Source: Patescibacteria group bacterium (GTDB lineage: Bacteria > Patescibacteriota > Patescibacteriia > Magasanikbacterales > GWA2-37-8). Taken from it: 64,000 nt of DNA. Every line of letters begins with the position of its first letter. Position 1 is the first letter of the stretch. The DNA is taken from NCBI GenBank assembly GCA_004321885.1, contig SCQK01000014.1:75646-139645 (forward strand), in the 5' to 3' direction. A model generated the notes under the pieces. The model was not told the origin of the DNA. It did no database searches and was given only the letters and a program-made list of their open reading frames with translations. The translations under genes were made by a program, and so were the position numbers. Below, in pieces: positions 54,139 to 64,000 of this stretch.

Positions 54139-54228
54139 TTGACAAACGGGTGGTTAGTGTTGTATAGTAAATTCACTAAAATCACCCACTCTGCTCCCGC
54201 AAGGGAGCACAGTGGGGCTTTTATTTTA
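54139..54228 (+). promoter_or_regulatory. dnaK promoter (TTGACA-17 bp-TATAGT) followed by a 14 bp-stem hairpin plus U-run at +15 to +60
   Basis: ttgaca at 54139-54144 and tatagt at 54162-54167. The hairpin CACCCACTCTGCTCCC-gcaa-GGGAGCACAGTGGGG at 54183-54217 is followed by CTTTTATTTT. Two family-A palindromes follow at 54252-54310. Confidence 0.45.
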
Positions 54229-54323
54229 TAAAGAAAAAAGAAAATAAATTTTCTCCCTTAATTAGGGGGAGAACGCCAAACAGTTCCCTCCCCTAAAAGG
54301 GGAGGGTGTAAAACAATGAAATT

Positions 54324-56231
54324 ATGTCAAAAGTACTCGGAATAGATTTGGGGACTACGAACAGCTGTATGGCTGTGATTGAAGGCGGCCAGCCGAAAGT
54401 GCTGGAAAACAAGGAAGGAGCGCGCACCACGCCCTCGGTGGTGGCGGTAAGCAAAAGCGGCGAGCGGCTGGTGGGCTTGCTGGCCAAACGTCAGGCCGTC
54501 ACCAATCCGGAAAACACTTTGTATTCCATCAAGCGCTTGATAGGTCGCAGATGGGAAGACCCGGAAGTGCAAAAGGATTTGCAACTGATGCCTTATAAAA
54601 TCGTGAAAGCCAATGGCGGAGTGAAAGTGGCTTTGCAGACCGAAGAAAAATCGCCGCAGGAAATTTCGGCCATGATACTGCAAAAAATGAAAACCGACGC
54701 CGAGGCGCGTTTGGGCGCGACCATCACCGAAGCGGTCATCACCGTGCCGGCGTATTTTGATGACAGTCAAAGACAGGCCACCAAAGACGCGGGCGAAATC
54801 GCGGGTCTCAAAGTTTTGCGTATTATCAACGAGCCGACCGCGGCCGCTCTGGCTTACGGTTTTGACAAAAAAGCCGAACAGAAAATCGCCGTGTATGATT
54901 TGGGCGGCGGCACTTTTGACGTTTCCATTTTAGAAGTGGCGCCCGACACGGTGCAAGTGCTCTCCACCAATGGCGACACGCACTTGGGCGGCGATGATTT
55001 TGACCAGCGCGTGATTGAATGGATTTTATCCGAGTTCAAGCGCGATAGCGGCATTGATTTGGGCAAGGACCCCCTATCTTTGCAGAGAATAAAAGAAGCC
55101 GCCGAGAAAGCCAAGATAGAATTGTCCACTGCCCAGGAAACCGAAATCAACCAGCCGTTTATCACTTCCGACGCCTCGGGCCCCAAACATTTAATGATGA
55201 AACTGACCCGCGCCAAACTGGAAGAATTGGTGGGCGATTTGGTGGAAAAAACCTTGGAGCCCGCGCGCAAGGCCCTGGCCGACGCCAAACTGACAGCCAA
55301 TGATTTGCACGAGGTGATAATGGTGGGCGGCATGACCCGCATGCCCTTGGTGATGCAAACCGTGGAAAAGTTTTTCAACAAGAAACCGAACATCAGCGTG
55401 AACCCCGACGAAGTGGTGGCCATTGGCGCGGCCGTGCAAGGCGGCGTGCTTTCCGGCGACGTGAAAGACGTTCTGCTTTTGGACGTAACCCCGCTTTCGC
55501 TGGGCATAGAAACCCTGGGCGGCGTGATGACAAAATTAATAGAACGTAACACCACGGTTCCCACCAGCAAGTCGCAGGTGTTTTCCACGGCGGCCGATAA
55601 TCAGCCGAGCGTGGAAATTCACGTGCTTCAGGGCGAGCGTCCGATGTCTGGCGACAACAAGACCCTCGGCCGGTTTATCCTTAGCGGTTTGCCTCCGGCG
55701 CCGCGCGGAGTGCCGCAAGTTGAGGTGAGTTTTGACATAGACGCCAACGGCATTTTGAACGTCAAAGCCAAAGACAAGGCCACTAATGCCGAGCAGTCCA
55801 TTCGCATTGAGGCCTCTTCGGGTTTGAATAAAGACGAAGTGGAAAAAATGAAAAAGGAAGCCGAGGCGCACGCCACCGAAGACAAGAAAAAACAGGAATT
55901 GATAGAGGCGCGTAATTTGGCCGACACCATGATTTACACCACGGAAAAAATGATGCGCGAGGTGGATGAAAAAAAAGTGGCCGTCACTGACGAAGAAAAA
56001 ACAAAAGTAGACGACGCGCTCAAGGCCCTCAAAGACGTGAAAGATAAAGAAGACGTGGAAGCCATAAAAAAGTCCGCCGAAGAATTATCCAAAGCCGCGC
56101 AAACCGTGGGCATGAAGATGTATCAGCAGGAGCAGGCAAACAAAGGCGGCCAGGCCGGCGGCAACCCAAGCGGCGAGGGAAAAAAAGACGAAGGCCCGAT
56201 TGAGGGCGAGGTGGTTGATGATAAGAAGTAA
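54324..56231 (+). CDS. dnaK: molecular chaperone DnaK (Hsp70)
   Basis: [25 protein letters not shown], and a C-terminal substrate-binding and lid region. 635 aa. Confidence 0.95.
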   Translation: MSKVLGIDLGTTNSCMAVIEGGQPKVLENKEGARTTPSVVAVSKSGERLVGLLAKRQAVTNPENTLYSIKRLIGRRWEDPEVQKDLQLMPYKIVKANGGVKVALQTEEKSPQEISAMILQKMKTDAEARLGATITEAVITVPAYFDDSQRQATKDAGEIAGLKVLRIINEPTAAALAYGFDKKAEQKIAVYDLGGGTFDVSILEVAPDTVQVLSTNGDTHLGGDDFDQRVIEWILSEFKRDSGIDLGKDPLSLQRIKEAAEKAKIELSTAQETEINQPFITSDASGPKHLMMKLTRAKLEELVGDLVEKTLEPARKALADAKLTANDLHEVIMVGGMTRMPLVMQTVEKFFNKKPNISVNPDEVVAIGAAVQGGVLSGDVKDVLLLDVTPLSLGIETLGGVMTKLIERNTTVPTSKSQVFSTAADNQPSVEIHVLQGERPMSGDNKTLGRFILSGLPPAPRGVPQVEVSFDIDANGILNVKAKDKATNAEQSIRIEASSGLNKDEVEKMKKEAEAHATEDKKKQELIEARNLADTMIYTTEKMMREVDEKKVAVTDEEKTKVDDALKALKDVKDKEDVEAIKKSAEELSKAAQTVGMKMYQQEQANKGGQAGGNPSGEGKKDEGPIEGEVVDDKK

Positions 56232-56243
56232 AGAGAGTAGAAT

Positions 56244-56268
56244 AAAGAGGCCCTAATTAGGGCCTCTT
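56244..56268 (+). terminator. hairpin AAGAGGCCCTAATTAGGGCCTCTT after dnaK
   Basis: Read directly. Confidence 0.55.
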
Positions 56269-56288
56269 GAATAATTAAGATAAAACGT

Positions 56289-56741
56289 ATGTCAGAAGGG
56301 TATACTAAAAATGGCACTCACGATAGGGTTAGCCGCTTGCTTGAAACAGAGGGGCAGTTGGCAATTTTCAGGGCGGAAATAGAAACGTTGAGAAACAGGT
56401 ATGGCAGTAAAGATGCCACTTTGGCCAATGTTAAAGATGTTGAAGAATTGGATGAGAAGGATATGGAAAGCTGGCAGATTTACAAGAAAATTTTAACAAA
56501 TGTTAATAATTTGGTGAATGACCCGGAAGCAATGCTGTCGGACTGCAAAGATTTGATGGCGAGAAATTTTGTCTCAAAAACCGAATCTGTCGCAGAGTCC
56601 GGAAGACAGTCAAAGTTGTCTTTTATGAGCTGGCTTAACAACAGAAATCCTTTCTCCTGGGCACAGCTTTTCACATCTGGCGATATCAGCGCTGAAGAAT
56701 TAAAACTTACACTGACTCGCGATATTGGCAGGTATTTGTAA
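56289..56741 (+). CDS. hypothetical protein between dnaK and dnaJ
   Basis: 150 aa ORF with no motif. Confidence 0.4.
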   Translation: MSEGYTKNGTHDRVSRLLETEGQLAIFRAEIETLRNRYGSKDATLANVKDVEELDEKDMESWQIYKKILTNVNNLVNDPEAMLSDCKDLMARNFVSKTESVAESGRQSKLSFMSWLNNRNPFSWAQLFTSGDISAEELKLTLTRDIGRYL

Positions 56742-56868
56742 AAAAACATGTCCAAGGATTATTATATGGCCTGCGGCCATATAAGCTCCTTGACTCGGAA
56801 ATTGCCATTCGTGGCAATTTCTCTCGTCTGCGTTCGCTTATAAAATTTTAGGGCAAAAATGTCTGGGT

Positions 56869-57969
56869 ATGGCAAAAGATTACTATAAAATACTGGGTAT
56901 TGATAAAAACGCCTCGCCCGAGGAAATAAAAAAAGCTTTCAAAAAGCTGGCTTTGGAGCACCATCCGGACAGGCCGGGCGGCAATGAGGCGAAGTTCAAG
57001 GAAATAAACGAGGCCTATCAGGTGCTGGGCGACGCGGAAAAACGCCAGCGTTACGACCAGTTTGGCGCGGACTTTGAACAGCAAGGCGGTTTTGGCGGCG
57101 CCAGCTGGGAGGATTTTATGCGGGCCGCGCGCGGGCAAAACGGTTTTAGCAACGGCGGATTTTCATTTAACTTCGGGGACTTGGATTTGGGGGATATTTT
57201 CGGCGATGTGTTTGGCGCGGGCCGTTCACGCCGAGGAGGACGTGAGCGCGGCCAGGACATTCAAATTGACGCGCAAATTGATTTCAAAGAAGCGGCTTTT
57301 GGCGTGGAAAAAACTTTTTCTTTGCGCAAGAAAAGCCAGTGCGACGTGTGCGGCGGCAGTGGCGCCGAGCCGGGCAGTAAAATGGAAACCTGCAAGACCT
57401 GCGGGGGACAGGGGCAGGTGGTACGCCAGCAAAGCAGTTTTTTTGGCATGGTGCAGACAGTGGGCGCCTGTCCCGATTGCGGCGGCCGCGGGCAAAAGCC
57501 GGGTAAAAAATGCAAGCATTGCGGCGGCTCGGGCGCGCTGGCTAAAACCAGCGATATAAATGTGAAAATTCCGGCCGGCATTGACGATGGCCAGGCCATA
57601 CGGTTGGCGGGTTATGGCGAGGCGGGCGAACATGGCGGGCAGGCCGGTGATTTGTTTGTGCGGGTGCGCGTAAAGCCGCTCAAAGGTTTTGAACGCGACA
57701 GCGATGACGTCTACACCGAGAGCGAGATTAGTTTTGTTCAGGCCGCGCTAGGCGATAATATCAGCGTGGAAACATTGGACGGTTTGCTCACGATTGTGGT
57801 GCCGGCTGGCACCGAGCACGGGCAAATGATACGACTCAAAGGCCGCGGGATAGAACGAATAAACCGCGGGGGCCGGGGAGACCATTTCGTAAAAATAAAA
57901 ATCCGCGTGCCGAAAAAATTAAGCCGCTCGGCGCGGAAGTTGTTAGATGATTTAAGAGGGGAATTGTAA
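56869..57969 (+). CDS. dnaJ: molecular chaperone DnaJ
   Basis: J domain [32 protein letters not shown], a G/F-rich region, and four CxxCxGxG zinc-finger repeats. Confidence 0.9.
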   Translation: MAKDYYKILGIDKNASPEEIKKAFKKLALEHHPDRPGGNEAKFKEINEAYQVLGDAEKRQRYDQFGADFEQQGGFGGASWEDFMRAARGQNGFSNGGFSFNFGDLDLGDIFGDVFGAGRSRRGGRERGQDIQIDAQIDFKEAAFGVEKTFSLRKKSQCDVCGGSGAEPGSKMETCKTCGGQGQVVRQQSSFFGMVQTVGACPDCGGRGQKPGKKCKHCGGSGALAKTSDINVKIPAGIDDGQAIRLAGYGEAGEHGGQAGDLFVRVRVKPLKGFERDSDDVYTESEISFVQAALGDNISVETLDGLLTIVVPAGTEHGQMIRLKGRGIERINRGGRGDHFVKIKIRVPKKLSRSARKLLDDLRGEL

Positions 57970-57977
57970 TAATCGCT

Positions 57978-58113
57978 GGCTCCATAGTTGCGAAGCACTA
58001 TGGAGCTCAAATGTTGGTCAGCAATTCGGCTCCACAGCCCCGACTGGGTCGGGGACTATGGAGCCAGCCATAGGATAACACTGGATTCCCCCGACTAAGT
58101 CGGGGGAATGACA
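57978..58113. repeat. array of three palindromic elements (a C-type with alternative core at 57978-58006, a C-type at 58028-58065, and a B-type at 58081-58113) filling the dnaJ / ECF sigma intergenic region
   Basis: Read directly. The B-type ends 2 nt before the ATG at 58116. Confidence 0.7.
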
Positions 58114-58115
58114 AC

Positions 58116-58613
58116 ATGAATAAGAAAAAATTTGAAAAATTTTACAGCGACAACATAGACAAAATTTACCGTTTTGTCTTTTTTCGCGTGGGCGGGGACA
58201 AAGACCTGGCCGAGGATTTAGTTTCGGAAGTTTTCATGAAGGCGTACAACAGCTTTGCGGTCTACGATGAAAACATCAGCAAGTCGGCCTGGCTGATTAC
58301 CATCGCCCGCAACCACTTGGCCAATTACTGGCGCGATCGTAAACTGACCTCGCCTTTGCCAACGGGCGAAGACGGCGAGGAAAGCGAATCGGTCTGGCTG
58401 GATTCGGGCATCGTCAAATTCAAGCAGGAAGAGAACGGCCGCCAGGTTTACGAACTGCTGGAAAAGCTGAATCCGGACGAAAAAGAGGTTGTAACCTTTC
58501 ATTATTTATTCGGGTATAGTTACTCGGAAATCGCCCAAATGAGGGGCTCCAGCGAAGGAGCGGTCAAGGTGGCGGCCCATCGGGCGATAAAAAAGATGAG
58601 GGGGAGACTATGA
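58116..58613 (+). CDS. ECF-type sigma-70 family sigma factor
   Basis: Region 2 (VFFRVGGDKDLAEDLVSEVFMKAY...WLITIARNHLANYWR) and region 4 (EVVTFHYLFGYSYSEIAQMRGSSEGAVKVAAHRAIKKM). Confidence 0.8.
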   Translation: MNKKKFEKFYSDNIDKIYRFVFFRVGGDKDLAEDLVSEVFMKAYNSFAVYDENISKSAWLITIARNHLANYWRDRKLTSPLPTGEDGEESESVWLDSGIVKFKQEENGRQVYELLEKLNPDEKEVVTFHYLFGYSYSEIAQMRGSSEGAVKVAAHRAIKKMRGRL

Positions 58614-58662
58614 ATACCCCTCCCGCGCCCTCCCCTTAAAAAAGGGGAGGGGCAAACTAAAT

Positions 58663-59358
58663 ATGAATCTCAAAGTTAGGTACAATTTATGGAAAGAACA
58701 GCGCCGGATGTCGCCGAATTTTAAGTTTAAGCGCGCGCTTTTGGCGCGTGTGCTGGATTCTCGCCTGCGCGGGAATGACAGCGAGGACTGGCGCGGCAAA
58801 CACCCTATTAGATTTTTTGCCTATTTCACCCACTTGCGCTGGGGCGTGGTTATGGCCAGTGTTTTGTTGTTGGCTTTGCTGGCCACCGGCGCATACGCCT
58901 ACAACAGCGACGAAGTTACCGAGGGTACTGTTTTGTATCCGGTAAAACAAAAGCTGGAAGAAGTGGAGGAACTGACCAAGCGCACGCCCGAAGCCAAGGC
59001 GGATTTTTATCTGAAACAGATTAAGCGGCGCGAAGCCGAGGAGGCGGCGCTGGAGCGCCGGCGCGCCAGGATTGAAAAAGCTAAAAATCGGCTGGACATG
59101 CTGGAAAAAAACATAGAAGCGTCCGAGGAAAAAGCCGAGCGCGTGCAGACCCAGCTTGAAGAAGTAAATAAAATATTGAGCGGCAAAAACAGCGCGCAGA
59201 ACAAAGAATTGCGCCAGCGCGTGCAGGCGATTTTGGAAGCCAAAAAAATAAAAAGAGAGCGCGAATTGGACAAAAAAGTGGAAATGATACGGCGGAAAGC
59301 GGAAATGATTGACAAGTTATACGCCAGCTTGGAAGAGGAAATGGAAAAAGAAGAATAA
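58663..59358 (+). CDS. putative anti-sigma factor (single TM plus long coiled coil)
   Basis: Lies immediately downstream of the ECF sigma gene, with a TM helix (WGVVMASVLLLALLATGAYA) and an E/K-rich coiled coil. A B-like palindrome at 58747-58775 is in frame. Confidence 0.4.
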   Translation: MNLKVRYNLWKEQRRMSPNFKFKRALLARVLDSRLRGNDSEDWRGKHPIRFFAYFTHLRWGVVMASVLLLALLATGAYAYNSDEVTEGTVLYPVKQKLEEVEELTKRTPEAKADFYLKQIKRREAEEAALERRRARIEKAKNRLDMLEKNIEASEEKAERVQTQLEEVNKILSGKNSAQNKELRQRVQAILEAKKIKRERELDKKVEMIRRKAEMIDKLYASLEEEMEKEE

Positions 59359-59384
59359 AATAATTAAAGGTCGAGACAAAAAGT

Positions 59385-60236
59385 GTGTCTATTAAAATAA
59401 ACATAAATTATATGTTCAAAAAAATTATAACCCTAACACTGGTGGCCGCGATGGCTCTGGCCCTGGTCGCTCCGGCGTCGGCCTCTACTTTGGACGACAC
59501 CACCACTACCCTGAAAAACAAACTGAAAGATTTGAATAGTCAGATTAAGGATGTCAGGAAACAGTTGAATAAAGTGTCTGTCTTGAAAAGAATACTCGCC
59601 CGTCCGTTTGTTTTGAAAGGCGAATTGGTTTCTGTCGCTGGTCTCACGCCTCCGACCACGCTTACGGTAAAATTAACCGGCATGTCGCCGAAAAGACCAA
59701 ATGACGCCGAAGCTGTTTGGCCTGAAATTGGGAAAGAATTGACCGTAAAAATAACCGAGAAAACACAGATTGTGCGCCGCTATTGGGGCAAGAGCTCGCT
59801 GGAAGAGCTGACTCCCGGCGATAAACTGCACATTGTCGCCAAGAGGGGCGAAGACGGCGTGTTCACGGCTACGGTGGTTAAAGACGAGTCAATCCATGTT
59901 ACCTTCCGCGTGCACAATGGCAAAATTGAGTCCATTGACGCGGCGGCCCAGACCTTTGTTTTGAAGCAGAACAACAAACGGCAGGTAACGGTGAAAGTTT
60001 CCGCCAAGACAAAACTGTTCGTGCTTGGCGTAACCAATCCGACATTCGCTGATTTGAAAGTCGGCATGAGGGCGCATGTGCGCGGAGTGATAAACAACCG
60101 AACCAAGACCATAGACGCTTCGCTCGTGCGCGCCAATTGGCCGCTCGTGGAAGCGACTCCCACCAGCACTCCTACTCCGGTGCCGGCGCCTGCCCCAACA
60201 CCCACTCCCGCGCCGACCTCCACCACTTCAACCTGA
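59385..60236 (+). CDS. hypothetical secreted protein with C-terminal PT-rich low-complexity tail
   Basis: A signal peptide and a C-terminal PTPTPVPAPAPTPTPAPTSTTST. Confidence 0.45.
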   Translation: MSIKININYMFKKIITLTLVAAMALALVAPASASTLDDTTTTLKNKLKDLNSQIKDVRKQLNKVSVLKRILARPFVLKGELVSVAGLTPPTTLTVKLTGMSPKRPNDAEAVWPEIGKELTVKITEKTQIVRRYWGKSSLEELTPGDKLHIVAKRGEDGVFTATVVKDESIHVTFRVHNGKIESIDAAAQTFVLKQNNKRQVTVKVSAKTKLFVLGVTNPTFADLKVGMRAHVRGVINNRTKTIDASLVRANWPLVEATPTSTPTPVPAPAPTPTPAPTSTTST

Positions 60237-60250
60237 TTGAGAATGAACGA

Positions 60251-60282
60251 AAAAAGGCGGCCTAACGGCCGTCTTTTTTTTT
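60251..60282. terminator. bidirectional terminator AAAAAGGCGGCC-taa-CGGCCGTCTTTTTTTTT
   Basis: Lies between convergent genes; the rnhA stop codon sits in the loop. Confidence 0.6.
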
Positions 60283-60672
60283 ATCCAATATCTGATTCAC
60301 AATCTTATCCGCTTCTTTATTTTTTTCCCGAAACACATGCCGGTAATTCACTTTTTTGAATTTGGCGGCGACGTTGTAGGCGGCCACGAACATTTTTTGC
60401 AGGGTCGGTTCTTTCACTTTGTACTCCAGTTTCATCTGCTTGGTTACCAGCTCGCTGTCCAGCACGCAATCCACGGCTTCGGCCCCCAGCTCGGCCGCTT
60501 TTTTCAGCCCGGCGATAAGCGCCGCGTATTCGGCGTAGTTGTTGGTCTGCTCGCCAAGATACTCGCCGAAAGCCGCCACGGTTTTGCCGGCCTCATTTTT
60601 TACCACTACCCCGGCCGCCGCCGGCCCCGGGTTACCCCGCGCCCCCCCGTCAGAATAAATAATCAGTTTCAT
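60262..60672 (-). CDS. rnhA: ribonuclease HI
   Basis: MKLIIYSDGGARGNPGPAAAGVV...NNYAEYAALIAGL. Confidence 0.85.
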   Translation of the reverse strand: MKLIIYSDGGARGNPGPAAAGVVVKNEAGKTVAAFGEYLGEQTNNYAEYAALIAGLKKAAELGAEAVDCVLDSELVTKQMKLEYKVKEPTLQKMFVAAYNVAAKFKKVNYRHVFREKNKEADKIVNQILDKKKDGR

Positions 60673-60749
60673 ATTTTCAAAATTTTAGTCAATGATTTAT
60701 CATTGGCGAGCTCGACCAATATATCCAATTCGAGCGAGCGGAACTAAAA

Positions 60750-62090
60750 TTAATATTCCAAACGCCACAATCCTTCCACATTCCCAATTTTATCCACGTA
60801 ATACAGCGCCTTCTGCCCCGGGTCAGCCGCGGCCACAGCCGCGTTTCCATCCGCCAATTCATGGGTCACGTAATAATACGGAAACAAGGCCGTAATTTTA
60901 TTTTTCCAGACCAGCGCCAAAGTATTGTGCTTGTCCAGCGGAAATACGTTCATTAAATTTTCGCCGGAGCGGTTTAGCAAATAGGGCTCTTCGCCCGCGC
61001 TGTATGTCCACAGCTCCCACGGCGTCCACATCAGCCACCAATTGTTGTATGGCGAGATATAAAATTTGTCGCCGGCAAAAGCAAATTTTTTGTCTCTTGT
61101 CACGAGCATCATCTCAGACGCGTTGTTTTTTTTCAAAAGCGCGCTGTCGCGTTCGGCGTAAAGCAGCCGCCAATCTTCCGTGTTTTCCAGTTGGCCGATT
61201 TCGGATTGAAAACCCAAAGCGTCTTTTTTGACGAGTAGATTGTGGCTGGAGGTGGCGAATGTTAGAGTCCAGAGCTGGCCGTTGTCCATATACCAGTCGT
61301 AAAAATCGCGCTCGGAGATTTTTTGCGCGCGTCCATTGGCTGGCGAAAAGGCGAACAGCCCGTCTCGCGTTTGATAATATAAACTCGGTCTGCTGCCGTC
61401 GCCCCATTGCGTTTTGATGATTTTTACCCCGGCGATTTTGGTTAAATTGTAAATCTTGCCCGGATTATCCGGCGCCTGCCTGCCGGCAGGCAGGCAAAAC
61501 GCGTAGACAACGTCATTGCCTGTCACGGAGGCGCAATTTTTTTCCTTTGCCCACGCCAGAGACGGCAATGTTTTTGGCATGGTTGTCACGCTCGCCAGCG
61601 CTTCGGTTTTGGTGTTTAACAACCAAATTTTCCCGTCGGCCGACGAGGCAAAAAGAATATAGCGGCCGTCGCTGGAAAGCGCCAGCGCGGCAATTTGCCC
61701 GGGGGCCGCCAAGAGCGGCCTGGCATTTTTTTTGAGCAGGCTGATTTCCTTTATATACACGGTCAGCTTGTTAAAGACCTCTATTTCTTTGTTCCAGTCC
61801 GCGTAGCCGGGCGCTGTGATGCGCAAGCTGTATTTGGCCGGCGCGATATTGTTTAGGCGCACCGGCATCTTGCTTTTGATTTTGATGCCGTTCAAATAAA
61901 GCGCCGCGTTTTTGGGCTCCACGTCCACGCTGATGGCGCCGGTCTGTTTCAAGAAGCCGTTTTTGAAATCATAGCGATAGCCGGCGGTGTAGGCGATTAT
62001 TATCGGGGAAACGACAAAAAAAAGCGCGATGAGCGCGAGCAGAAAAGCGCGCCGGAAGGCGAAAGTAAATCTGGTGCCCGGGTATTCCAT
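60750..62090 (-). CDS. PEGA-domain / beta-propeller periplasmic protein
   Basis: N-terminal TM helix, then a PEGA-like VDVEPKNAALYLNGIKI...YSLRITAPGY, then WD/TolB-like repeats. Confidence 0.45.
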   Translation of the reverse strand: MEYPGTRFTFAFRRAFLLALIALFFVVSPIIIAYTAGYRYDFKNGFLKQTGAISVDVEPKNAALYLNGIKIKSKMPVRLNNIAPAKYSLRITAPGYADWNKEIEVFNKLTVYIKEISLLKKNARPLLAAPGQIAALALSSDGRYILFASSADGKIWLLNTKTEALASVTTMPKTLPSLAWAKEKNCASVTGNDVVYAFCLPAGRQAPDNPGKIYNLTKIAGVKIIKTQWGDGSRPSLYYQTRDGLFAFSPANGRAQKISERDFYDWYMDNGQLWTLTFATSSHNLLVKKDALGFQSEIGQLENTEDWRLLYAERDSALLKKNNASEMMLVTRDKKFAFAGDKFYISPYNNWWLMWTPWELWTYSAGEEPYLLNRSGENLMNVFPLDKHNTLALVWKNKITALFPYYYVTHELADGNAAVAAADPGQKALYYVDKIGNVEGLWRLEY

Positions 62091-62152
62091 CTGTTTTGCT
62101 TATTTTTTTGAATTATAGTATAATTTAGCAAATATATAAAGGTAAGTAAAGT

Positions 62153-63454
62153 ATGCATCTAAAAATAACCGGTGGAAAAAAATTGCGCGGAGCCATAAAT
62201 AACCAGTCGGCCAAAAATAGCGCCACGCCCATCATCTGCGCCTGCGCTATGATTAAAGGCCCGGTTACGCTCGCCGACGTGCCTGATATTGAAGATGTCA
62301 ATCGTATTTTAGAACTCATCGCCAGCATCGGCGTGAAAGTAAAAAAAACCGGTGCGCGCGAATTTTTGTTAGACGCGTCGGGTTCTTTGGACGTAAAAAA
62401 AATGAATCGCGCGGCCGCCGAGGCCAATCGGTCGTCTCTTTTTCTGCTCGGCGCTTTGGCGGCGCGGGTAAAAAAATTTTCCCTGTACAAGCCCGGCGGC
62501 TGCAAGCTGGGTGAGCGCACCATCCGTCCGCATTTGTTCGCCTTGGCGGATTTGGGCGCGCGCATAGAGGAGCGCGGAGATTGTTTCGCGGTCAAAGCGC
62601 CCGCGCTCAAAGGCAATAAAATAATAATGTACGAAAGCGGGGACACGGCCACGGAAAACGCGGTGTTGGCCGCGGCGCTGGCCCGCGGAGAGACGACCAT
62701 CAAATTCGCTTCGGCCAATTACCAGGTGCAGGATTTGTGTCATTTTCTAAATCGCGCCGGCGCCAAAATTTCCGGCATCGGCACATCCACCCTAAAAATT
62801 ATCGGCGTCAAAAAATTAAAATCCGTAAAAAATTATTCCATCATGCCCGACCCCATCGTGGCCATGACTTTTATCGCCGCGGCTATCACGACCGGCTCGC
62901 GCCTTGTTGTTAAAAATTGCCCCATGGATTTTTTGGAGTTGGAATTGTACAAGCTAAAAAAAATGGGGCAGAAGTTCAAAATAAAAAATCAGCGCTTGTC
63001 AAAAAATGGCGCCTTTGCCATTGCCGATATAGAGATTATTCCTTCGGCGCTGACGGCCTCGCAGGATAAAATAGAAAGCCGTCCGTTTCCGGGCCTGAAC
63101 ATAGACAACCTGCCGCTGTTTGTGCCCATACTTTTGCGGGCCAGGGGTAAAACCCTGGTGCATGATTGGGCCTATGAAAACAGGGCCGCCTACAATTTGG
63201 AATTAAACAAGCTTGGCGCTAAAATATCTTTGCTTGACCCGCACCGCGTGTGGGTGGAGGGGCCCGCCACGCTGAAAGCGGCCGACATCGCCTCGCCCGA
63301 TGCCCTGCGTTCGGCCGTGGTTATTCTGTTGGTCATGCTGGCGGCCAGGGGCAAATCAATTTTGCGTAATACCCGCCCCATAGAGCGCGGGTATGAAAAT
63401 TTATACGCCACATTAAATAAAGCCGGCGCGAACATAAAAATAATAAACGATTAA
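62153..63454 (+). CDS. murA: UDP-N-acetylglucosamine 1-carboxyvinyltransferase
   Basis: MHLKITGGKKLRGAINNQSAKNSATPIICA, catalytic Cys context KPGGCKLGERTIRPH, 433 aa. Confidence 0.9.
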   Translation: MHLKITGGKKLRGAINNQSAKNSATPIICACAMIKGPVTLADVPDIEDVNRILELIASIGVKVKKTGAREFLLDASGSLDVKKMNRAAAEANRSSLFLLGALAARVKKFSLYKPGGCKLGERTIRPHLFALADLGARIEERGDCFAVKAPALKGNKIIMYESGDTATENAVLAAALARGETTIKFASANYQVQDLCHFLNRAGAKISGIGTSTLKIIGVKKLKSVKNYSIMPDPIVAMTFIAAAITTGSRLVVKNCPMDFLELELYKLKKMGQKFKIKNQRLSKNGAFAIADIEIIPSALTASQDKIESRPFPGLNIDNLPLFVPILLRARGKTLVHDWAYENRAAYNLELNKLGAKISLLDPHRVWVEGPATLKAADIASPDALRSAVVILLVMLAARGKSILRNTRPIERGYENLYATLNKAGANIKIIND

Positions 63455-63466
63455 AATATATTTTGT

Positions 63467-64000
63467 TTATGGATAATATCCCGGAAAAAAAACCAAGAAA
63501 ATACGTTTGGCTCATTTTCGCGGTTGCCCTGTTCTCTTTGTCTTTTGGCACGGGCATTGTGGTGGGCCGGGTTTGGGGCATTAAAAAAGCCATTACCGGC
63601 GAGGGCGGCAATGTGGAAATCAGCAAGGTGATAAACATCCAGCGCGCGCTGAACAAAAGCGACGAGGTGGAGTTTTCGCAATTTTGGGACGTATGGGACA
63701 AAGTGAAAGCGAAGTTCGTGAAACAGCCGATAAAAGACGCGGATTTATTTTACGGCTCAATGCAGGGAATGGTGGCGTCGCTTGGCGACCCGTACTCGGT
63801 TTATTTGCCGCCCAAAGAGGCAAACGAATTTGCCAAGGATTTGTCCGGCGAGCTGGAAGGCATTGGCGCGGAAATTGGCATAAAGAGCAGTCAGCTTTTG
63901 ATAGTGTCGCCTTTGCCTGATTCGCCGGCCGAGAAAGCAGGCCTGCGCCCGGGCGATAAAATTTTAGCCATTGATAAAGTAATCACCCTGGGCATGGACG
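63467..64000 (+). CDS. carboxyl-terminal processing (S41) protease, N-terminal part; continues beyond the window
   Basis: TM helix, then LGDPYSVYLPPKEANEF...LEGIGAEIGIK...GLRPGDKILAIDK (S41 with PDZ start). No stop codon before the window end. Confidence 0.7.

Noticed and set aside
1-64000. CRISPR array
   Set aside because: No series of regularly spaced identical direct repeats was found. The abundant repeats here are palindromic hairpin elements with irregular spacing.

Overview
This is a 64 kb window of a roughly 50% GC bacterial chromosome. It is dominated by housekeeping genes, and the gene content is consistent with a small-genome, uncultivated lineage, possibly Patescibacteria/CPR-like, though that is inference. 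The housekeeping genes are a MacB/FtsX-type ABC transporter, dnaG-rpoD, murG, a MiaB/MtaB-like methylthiotransferase, ftsEX, divergent guaA/guaB, htrA, terC, csp, an M4 metallopeptidase, PAP2, a PLD/Cls enzyme, rarA, queH, tsaE, rpmB, gdhA, yidC, the hrcA-grpE-dnaK-dnaJ operon with a CIRCE-like operator, two ECF sigma factors, rnhA and murA. Six tRNA genes are present. Three things stand out.

(1) At 30579-35905 there is a 5.3 kb, strongly AT-rich island bounded by about 127 bp inverted repeats. It abuts tRNA-Asn and carries a C-protein/Dam-like methyltransferase/putative restriction endonuclease module, plus an ECF sigma, a small ORF, a proteasome/HslV-like Ntn hydrolase and a PGRP-type amidase. 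It has no integrase or transposase.

(2) A tRNA-Gly(CCC) gene is split in its anticodon arm by a 114 bp element with 14 bp terminal inverted repeats that itself carries a complete second tRNA-Gly(CCC), with a 4 bp target duplication. Empty versions of the same inverted-repeat pair occur elsewhere as roughly 29 bp palindromes.

(3) Several families of GC-rich palindromic elements pervade the window. One family is of the form CCCCTT-loop-AAGGGG followed by a GGGTGGGAG tail. The other is TGTCATTCC-hairpin-GGAATCCAG. Many copies are inserted in frame inside conserved genes (miaB-like three times, guaA twice, tsaE, grpE, and a methyltransferase). Others sit exactly between a -10 box and a gene, or immediately before start codons of hrcA, an ECF sigma and the M4 protease.

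A GC-rich non-coding stretch of about 600 nt at 27227-27825 looks like a structured RNA, possibly RNase P RNA. All of this is read by eye from the sequence; no database searches were run.
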